Source of the DNA: Guyparkeria sp.
GTDB taxonomy: Bacteria; Pseudomonadota; Gammaproteobacteria; Halothiobacillales; Halothiobacillaceae
Direction: 5' to 3'
Assembly: GCF_046545975.1 (NCBI RefSeq)
Contig: NZ_JBKGYT010000001.1
Coordinates: 1-59,779 of the forward strand
Length of the DNA: 59,779 nt
Position 1 is the first letter of the stretch. Every line of letters begins with the position of its first letter. Position numbers and translations under genes: made by a program. The notes beneath the pieces are model-generated. The model was not told the origin of the DNA and did no database searches. It saw only the letters and a list, made by a program, of their open reading frames with translations. Shown here in pieces: positions 54,376 through 59,779 of the stretch.

Positions 54376-55077
54376 TCAGTCGCCGACCGGGACGATCTCC
54401 CGGATCTCCGCCCGGTGCTCCTGCACCACGAAACGCACGTCGATGTCCTCGATGCGCATGCCGTAGACCCGATCCGGATCGTCGTGAAAGGCCGGCCGGG
54501 GGTCCTGTGCCAGGCTTTGCTCGATCAGGGCGACCGTGTCCGAATCGAGTCGCTCGAGCCAGGGCTCGGCGGCCCCCCAGACCACCGCGAGCCGCTCCGG
54601 CGGTGCGCTCGCCCAGCCACCCCGGCTGTCGGGCGGGCAATCTGCGTAGGGCACATGCGGCTTGACGTCCAGTACCGGCGTGCCGTCGAGCAGGTCGAGC
54701 CCGCCAAGATGCAGCCGCACCCGCCCGTCGCTCTCGGTCACGTCCAGCAGGCGCACCACCGACAGGCCGATCGGGTTGGGACGCACCGGCGCGCGCGAGG
54801 CGAACACCCCCACCCGCCGGTTGCCGCCCAGCCGCGGCGGGCGAACGGCGGAACTGTCACCGGGCCGCATCCGGCGCTTGGCGTGGAACACCCAGACGAG
54901 CCAGAGGTGCGAGAAGGTCTCGATGCCCTGCCAGGCGACGGGCTGCTGCCACTCGGGCGTGGGGACCAACAGGCCCGTGGCGGCGGGCACTACTCCCGAC
55001 TGGCGGGGGATGCCGAAGCCCTCGCGGTACGGGCTCTCGATGTGGCCGACCGGCCGCAGGGTCCATTCCTCGCTCAT
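54376..55077 (-). CDS. trmO: tRNA m6t6A37 methyltransferase TrmO (TsaA)
   Basis: FGIPRQ, FSHLW..W.FH, VRPPRLGGN.RVGVFASR...RPNPIGLS, LDGTPV.D.KP. Confidence 0.92.
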   Translation of the reverse strand: MSEEWTLRPVGHIESPYREGFGIPRQSGVVPAATGLLVPTPEWQQPVAWQGIETFSHLWLVWVFHAKRRMRPGDSSAVRPPRLGGNRRVGVFASRAPVRPNPIGLSVVRLLDVTESDGRVRLHLGGLDLLDGTPVLDVKPHVPYADCPPDSRGGWASAPPERLAVVWGAAEPWLERLDSDTVALIEQSLAQDPRPAFHDDPDRVYGMRIEDIDVRFVVQEHRAEIREIVPVGD

Positions 55078-55547
55078 CGTCTCTCTCCGCTGCCCAGGAA
55101 GCCCAGCTGCCGCCAGGCCTCGAACAGTGCCACCGCGGCGGCGTTGGCCAGGTTGAGGCTGCGTGATCCGGGCGCCATCGGCAGGTAGAGGCGCTGATCG
55201 TCAGGCACGGAGTCCAGCACCTCCTCGGGCAGGCCGCGGGTCTCGGGGCCGAAGACCAGCACGTCGTCGCCCCGGTATGCGACCTGGTCGTAGCGGCGGG
55301 TGCCGCGGGTGGAGAACGCCAGCAGGCGGCGACCGGCCAGCGCGGCGCGGGCGGCCTCCAGGTCGCGGTGACGGTGCACGCAGGCCAGTTGGTGATAGTC
55401 GAGCCCGGCGCGTCGCACGGCCCGCTCTTCCAGGGAAAAACCCAGGGGCTCGACCAGATGCAGGCTCGACCCGGTGTTCGCGCACAGGCGGATGAGGTTG
55501 CCCGTGTTGGGAGGGATCTCGGGTTCGAACAGCATGATCGACGGCAT
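55074..55547 (-). CDS. trmL: tRNA (C/U34-2'-O)-methyltransferase
   Basis: EPEIPPNTGN..RLCAN, RRAGLDY, FGPETRGLP, RSLNLAN, EAWRQ. Confidence 0.95.
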   Translation of the reverse strand: MPSIMLFEPEIPPNTGNLIRLCANTGSSLHLVEPLGFSLEERAVRRAGLDYHQLACVHRHRDLEAARAALAGRRLLAFSTRGTRRYDQVAYRGDDVLVFGPETRGLPEEVLDSVPDDQRLYLPMAPGSRSLNLANAAAVALFEAWRQLGFLGSGERR

Positions 55548-55623
55548 TTTGGCATTATAGGGCCAACGCCGACGGGGACGAGTTGGCTCCCCGCCAACGA
55601 GACACGCATGAAGAGGTGAAGGC

Positions 55624-56898
55624 ATGAAGGTACTGGTTATCGGTGGGGGCGGGCGAGAGCACGCCCTGGCGTGGAAGATCGCCCAGTCGCCGCGGGTCGA
55701 GACGGTCTTCGTCGGTCCCGGCAATCCCGGCACGGCTGCCGAGGCCAAGTGCCGCAACGTCCCGATCGCCGCCACCGACGTCGCCGAGCTGGTGGCCTTT
55801 GCCGCCGACAACGGCGTGGATCTGACGGTCGTCGGCCCCGAGGCCCCGCTGGTCGAGGGCGTGGTGGACACCTTCCGCGACGCCGGTCTCGCCATTTTCG
55901 GCCCGACCCAGAAGGCCGCGCAACTGGAGGGCTCCAAGGCCTTCGCCAAGGACTTCATGGAGCGCCACGGCATCCCGACCGCCAAGTATCGCGTGTTCGA
56001 CACCGCCGCCCCGGCGATCGACTTCGTCCACGAGCACGGCGCGCCGGTGGTGGTGAAGGCCGACGGGCTGGCCGCCGGCAAGGGGGTGATCGTCGCCCAG
56101 ACCATCGAGGAGGCCGAGGCCGCCATCCGCGACATCTTCGCCGGCCAGTTCGGTGCCGCCGGCGCCCGCGTGGTGGTCGAATCCTTTCTCGAGGGCGAGG
56201 AGGCGAGCTTCATCGTCATGGTCGACGGCGAGCACGTCCTGCCGATGGCCTCCAGCCAGGACCACAAGGCCCGCGACGAGGGCGACCGCGGCCCCAACAC
56301 CGGCGGCATGGGCGCCTACTCGCCCGCGCCGGTCCTGGATGACGCGATGATCGAGAAAGTGATGGAGCAGGTGGTCGAGCCGACCGTAAACGGCATGGCC
56401 CTCGACGGCCTGCCCTACACCGGCTTTCTCTACGCCGGCCTGATGATTGGCGCGGACGGCGAGCCGCAGGTGCTGGAGTTCAACTGCCGCTTCGGCGACC
56501 CGGAAACCCAGCCGGTGCTGATGCGCCTGGAAAGCGATCTGGTCGATCTGCTCGAGGCCGGCGTCAACGGCACGCTCGACCAGGTCACCGCCGAGTGGAC
56601 TCCGCAGGCCGCCGTGGGCGTGGTCCTCGCCTCCGCCGGCTACCCGGAAAGCGCGTCGAAGGGAGATGTGATCACCGGTCTGGACGCATTGCCCGAGGGC
56701 GTGAAGGCCTTCCACGCCGGCACCGTCGAGCGGGACGGCAATATCGCTACCAACGGTGGGCGGGTACTCTGCATCACCGCCCTGGGCGAAACGGTCGAGG
56801 CGGCGCAACGGGCCGCCTATGCCGGGGTCGATCGGGTCCACTTCGAGGGCGGCTTCTGCCGCCGGGACATCGGCTGGCGGGCGATCGGCCGCGACTGA
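55624..56898 (+). CDS. purD: Phosphoribosylamine--glycine ligase
   Basis: GGGGREHA, VVGPEAPL, KADGLAAGKGV, QDHK..GD.GPNTGGMG, EFNCRFGDPE, NGGRVL. Confidence 0.98.
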   Translation: MKVLVIGGGGREHALAWKIAQSPRVETVFVGPGNPGTAAEAKCRNVPIAATDVAELVAFAADNGVDLTVVGPEAPLVEGVVDTFRDAGLAIFGPTQKAAQLEGSKAFAKDFMERHGIPTAKYRVFDTAAPAIDFVHEHGAPVVVKADGLAAGKGVIVAQTIEEAEAAIRDIFAGQFGAAGARVVVESFLEGEEASFIVMVDGEHVLPMASSQDHKARDEGDRGPNTGGMGAYSPAPVLDDAMIEKVMEQVVEPTVNGMALDGLPYTGFLYAGLMIGADGEPQVLEFNCRFGDPETQPVLMRLESDLVDLLEAGVNGTLDQVTAEWTPQAAVGVVLASAGYPESASKGDVITGLDALPEGVKAFHAGTVERDGNIATNGGRVLCITALGETVEAAQRAAYAGVDRVHFEGGFCRRDIGWRAIGRD

Positions 56899-56980
56899 GT
56901 ACTCGGTGCGAACAAGCACTGGCGATCGGGCAGAAAGCTGCTTTACTCCGTGGCCCTGCCCTCGTCACGGTGACCCCATC

Positions 56981-57502
56981 ATGCCCCGTCTTCTCGCCAT
57001 CCTTGCCTCCCTGTTTTTCGTCGGCGGTGCCAACGCCTCGGACCTGTCGCCGGGCGATGCCGCCCCGGCCTTCGCCCTGCCCGACCAGGACGGCGAGACC
57101 CACCGGCTCGCCGACTATCGCGGCCAGTGGCTGGTGCTGTACTTCTATCCCAAGGACGACACGCCCGGCTGCACCACCGAGGCCTGCAGCTTCCGCGACA
57201 ACATCAACCGCCTGATCTCGCAGGACGCGGCCGTGCTGGGCGTGAGCATGGACAGCGTGGAGAGCCATGCGGCGTTCGCCCGCGAGCACGAGCTGCCCTT
57301 CCCGCTGCTCGCCGACCCCGAGGGCGAGGTCGTCGAGCGATACGGGGCGTTGAGCGATTTCATGGTCGTGAAGTTCGCCAAGCGCCAGACCTTCATCATC
57401 GATCCCGAAGGCAACATCGCGACGATCTACCGCAAGGTAGACCCCGACGAGCACGTGAAGGACGTGCTCGACGATCTCGAGGCCCTGCGCGGCGAGGACT
57501 GA
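56981..57502 (+). CDS. bcp: Peroxiredoxin BCP/PrxQ with predicted signal peptide
   Basis: YFYPKDDTPGCTTEAC.FRD, GVS.D, R.TFIID; N-terminal hydrophobic stretch ending ANA. Confidence 0.9.
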   Translation: MPRLLAILASLFFVGGANASDLSPGDAAPAFALPDQDGETHRLADYRGQWLVLYFYPKDDTPGCTTEACSFRDNINRLISQDAAVLGVSMDSVESHAAFAREHELPFPLLADPEGEVVERYGALSDFMVVKFAKRQTFIIDPEGNIATIYRKVDPDEHVKDVLDDLEALRGED

Positions 57503-57506
57503 ATCG

Positions 57507-57962
57507 TCAGTCGACGCGGAACTGCGCGTGACAGGTCATGCACTGGTTCATGGCCTCGGCGGTCATGGCGGTGATGTCCTCGAGCGGATCGGTCTCGGCG
57601 CGGATGGCGATCTCCTCGAAGGTCATGTGCATCGGCCCGCCGATCGCCTTGAACTCGGGCGGGGTCTTGTCGCGAATGGAGGCGGGCGTGCCGCGCGCCA
57701 TGCGGTTGCCCGAGACCTGCGCCGCCTCGGCGATGGCCTCGCGATCCTCCTCGCTGATCCCGCGCAGGATGCCCTGAACGCTGCCGAGCATCATGCGCAT
57801 GTCGGCGAGGAAGGTGGCTTTCTCCTCGGGCGTGAAGCCGAGGTCGATTCGTGAATCGGCCGGGCCGTCGGCCATGACACCGGATGACAGGGGTGGAGTG
57901 AACACGACGATCCCCGCGAGCAGTATGTGGCGGGTGGTCTTCCAAAAGCTGGATCGATCCAT
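57507..57962 (-). CDS. Periplasmic monoheme cytochrome c (class II-like, C-terminal CxxCH)
   Basis: Signal peptide, helical body, CMTCH five residues from the C-terminus. Confidence 0.8.
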   Translation of the reverse strand: MDRSSFWKTTRHILLAGIVVFTPPLSSGVMADGPADSRIDLGFTPEEKATFLADMRMMLGSVQGILRGISEEDREAIAEAAQVSGNRMARGTPASIRDKTPPEFKAIGGPMHMTFEEIAIRAETDPLEDITAMTAEAMNQCMTCHAQFRVD

Positions 57963-58026
57963 GGTTGGGACTCCTTGGCGGCGGGTGAGAATGCCTGCGC
58001 GCCGCCCTTGTTTATGTTCGTCGTGA

Positions 58027-58785
58027 TTACTTGGGAAGAAACAGCGTCATCCCGCCATCGAATTTCACGTCATCGATGTGGCCGGCCGCCTCTCCGTCCG
58101 CCGACACCATGTGGATGTGAATGGCGTTCTTGACATCCTTGTCCTTGATAGCAGGCGAATAGGTGCCGATGAACTGACCGTGGTGTTTTTCAGAGTAGAA
58201 GCCGACGATGGTCACTTTTTCCTCTTCCAACTCGTAGAATTCCTTGGATCTGGCGAACAACTTGCGTCTCATTGGCCTTCCATCGGTGCGATTGACGTTG
58301 ATGTGCCACTTCACGTACGCGGGCTTGCCCTTGAGCAGGAAAGGAAACGGGGTCGAGCTGGTATCGACGCCGGCTGCCGTTGCGCGATCCCGAACGAAGC
58401 GTTGCAGATCCAGGTAACTTTCGACCTCGGCGGGTACCGCTACTTCATTCCATTCCTTGTTCTTCGTCCAGGCACCGAATATCGCCTTGCCGTCCCCGCT
58501 GTGTTCCATGATGAACTTGTCATCACGTACCCGGGTGACGTAGGGCTGGCTTTCGGCAATCGTGATTTCGCCGTCAAGGTGATTGCATGCCCCCACTCCG
58601 AAGGTGGCATTGTCCCCTGACATCTCGGCAATCGGCAGGTCTCCCTCGGTCTTGCCGGACTGCGCGATAGCTGCCTGTGATCCGTAATATTCCACCAGGC
58701 CGTCTTTCTGGACGTGGAGGTGTTCCTCTGCGACCGCGCCACCAGCCAACAGAATTGCGCCCAGTGCCAGGTAATGCATCTTCAT
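58027..58785 (-). CDS. Exported acetolactate-decarboxylase-like protein
   Basis: Signal peptide; FGVGA...LDGEI, IVGFYS, HIH.......GH metal-binding pattern; visibly lower GC. Confidence 0.6.
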   Translation of the reverse strand: MKMHYLALGAILLAGGAVAEEHLHVQKDGLVEYYGSQAAIAQSGKTEGDLPIAEMSGDNATFGVGACNHLDGEITIAESQPYVTRVRDDKFIMEHSGDGKAIFGAWTKNKEWNEVAVPAEVESYLDLQRFVRDRATAAGVDTSSTPFPFLLKGKPAYVKWHINVNRTDGRPMRRKLFARSKEFYELEEEKVTIVGFYSEKHHGQFIGTYSPAIKDKDVKNAIHIHMVSADGEAAGHIDDVKFDGGMTLFLPK

Positions 58786-59003
58786 GTCGTGTTTTCCTTT
58801 GTAACAATGGGTTTGCTCATGTGGCAGTAGTCATTCCGCGATGACCGCCCGGTAGCCGGCATGACCATCGTGTGGAGTGGCGCCGATGACGGATGTCGCC
58901 AGCGTGATGCCGGGAGACAATCCGAGGAATCGATAGGGGCGTATCCAGGATCTCCACGTGCCTCGGGCACCGCCAAGGTTAGGCCCCGGGGCGCAAGTTG
59001 CAT

Positions 59004-59017
59004 ATGATCTGGATCAT
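59004..59017. promoter_or_regulatory. Crp/Fnr-type palindromic box
   Basis: ATGAT-ctgg-ATCAT (compare FNR TTGAT-N4-ATCAA), about 30 bp upstream of the Crp-family gene. Confidence 0.6.
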
Positions 59018-59046
59018 TCGGTGAGGCGCAAGGAGGGTCCGGGCAG

Positions 59047-59664
59047 ATGATCGACTGGCAGCGATTGAGCGACGACCACCCGGTTCTCGCGGGTGTGCCC
59101 GCGAGCCTGCGCGAGCAGGCCGTCGACCGACGCGTCGTGGCCGGCGAACGGCTTGCCCGTCAGGGGGAGGCGCCGGCGGCGATGTTCTTCGTGCTGGCGG
59201 GTGAGGTGCGCCTGTTGCGCCGCTCGCCGGCCGGCAGGGAAACGATCATGCAGCGGGTGCAGGGGGGATTCGTGGCCGAGGCGAGCCTGGATGCGACCTG
59301 TTACCACTGCGACTTGGTCGCCGGGGTGGCCGGGCGCGTGCTGGCGTTTCCCCGTCGGGCATTCGACGCGGCGCTGGCGGAAGATGCCCGGTTCAACCGG
59401 GCATGGATCGCGCATCTGTCGCGTGAATTGCGGCAGGCACGAGCCCGCAACGAGCGCCTGGCCTGCCCGACCGCGGCCGAACGGATCCGACACGCCATCG
59501 AGACGGAGGGCGACGGCAGCGGACTGGTCCTCGATCAGACCCGCAAGGAATGGGCCGCCGAGCTCGGGCTGACCCACGAGGCGCTCTACCGTGCCCTGCG
59601 CCGGCTGCGCGAGGCGGGCACGATCCGTGAGGATGGCCGGCGGATCGAATGGCTGGCCGACTGA
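59047..59664 (+). CDS. Crp/Fnr family transcriptional regulator
   Basis: cNMP-like domain (QGE, V..GEVRL.R, G..AEASL, YHCD) and HTH WAAELGLTHEALYR.L. Confidence 0.88.
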   Translation: MIDWQRLSDDHPVLAGVPASLREQAVDRRVVAGERLARQGEAPAAMFFVLAGEVRLLRRSPAGRETIMQRVQGGFVAEASLDATCYHCDLVAGVAGRVLAFPRRAFDAALAEDARFNRAWIAHLSRELRQARARNERLACPTAAERIRHAIETEGDGSGLVLDQTRKEWAAELGLTHEALYRALRRLREAGTIREDGRRIEWLAD

Positions 59665-59679
59665 GCGAGTGCCGCCATG

Positions 59680-59706
59680 AAAAACCCGGCCACTGGCCGG
59701 GTTGTT
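59680..59706. terminator. Intrinsic terminator between convergent genes
   Basis: AACCCGGCC-act-GGCCGGGTT with flanking A5 and TTGTT. Confidence 0.75.
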
Positions 59707-59729
59707 CGTATCGGTGCAGAGCGGCGGGT

Positions 59730-59779
59730 TCAGCCGCGGCGCATCGAGTCGTAGAACTCGTTGTTGGTCTTGGTCTGCT
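59730..59779 (-). CDS. rho: Transcription termination factor Rho, C-terminal fragment (gene extends beyond the window)
   Basis: Minus strand encodes ...QTKTNNEFYDSMRRG*, resembling the Rho C-terminus (TKTN..F...M.R). Confidence 0.75.
   Translation of the reverse strand, partial: QTKTNNEFYDSMRRG

Noticed and set aside
58782-59003. 73-aa ORF upstream of the decarboxylase-like gene
   Set aside because: No motif, and it occupies the expected divergent promoter region.

Overview
High-GC gammaproteobacterial chromosomal window containing the replication origin region (gyrB-recF-dnaN-dnaA divergent from rpmH-rnpA-yidD-yidC-mnmE). The acidic proteins and sulfur/redox genes suggest a halophilic, possibly sulfur-oxidising Chromatiales/Halothiobacillaceae-like organism (inference). 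Most of the ~60 genes are housekeeping: spoT-rpoZ-gmk, degP-like, hemH, trxB, purH, glnE, selD-selU, cmoA/cmoB, comM, glnK-amtB, ctpA, envC, grxC-trxC-secB-gpsA, trmO, trmL, purD and the 3' end of rho. I found no rRNA, tRNA, CRISPR array or transposase. Non-coding signals read directly from the sequence are a probable oriC between dnaA and dnaN, three parS sites, a sigma54/NtrC promoter and three matching sigmaE-type promoters. The best novelty candidate is an unannotated ~52-nt sigmaE-driven small RNA with a CUCCUC anti-Shine-Dalgarno motif just downstream of the degP-like gene. Other candidates are a tandem dGTPase + YfbR nucleotide-depleting pair, a PAS-GNAT-EAL operon, an SqrR/BigR-like persulfide-sensing operon, a structured envC-ctpA intergenic element and a Crp-family/secreted decarboxylase-like/cytochrome c module.
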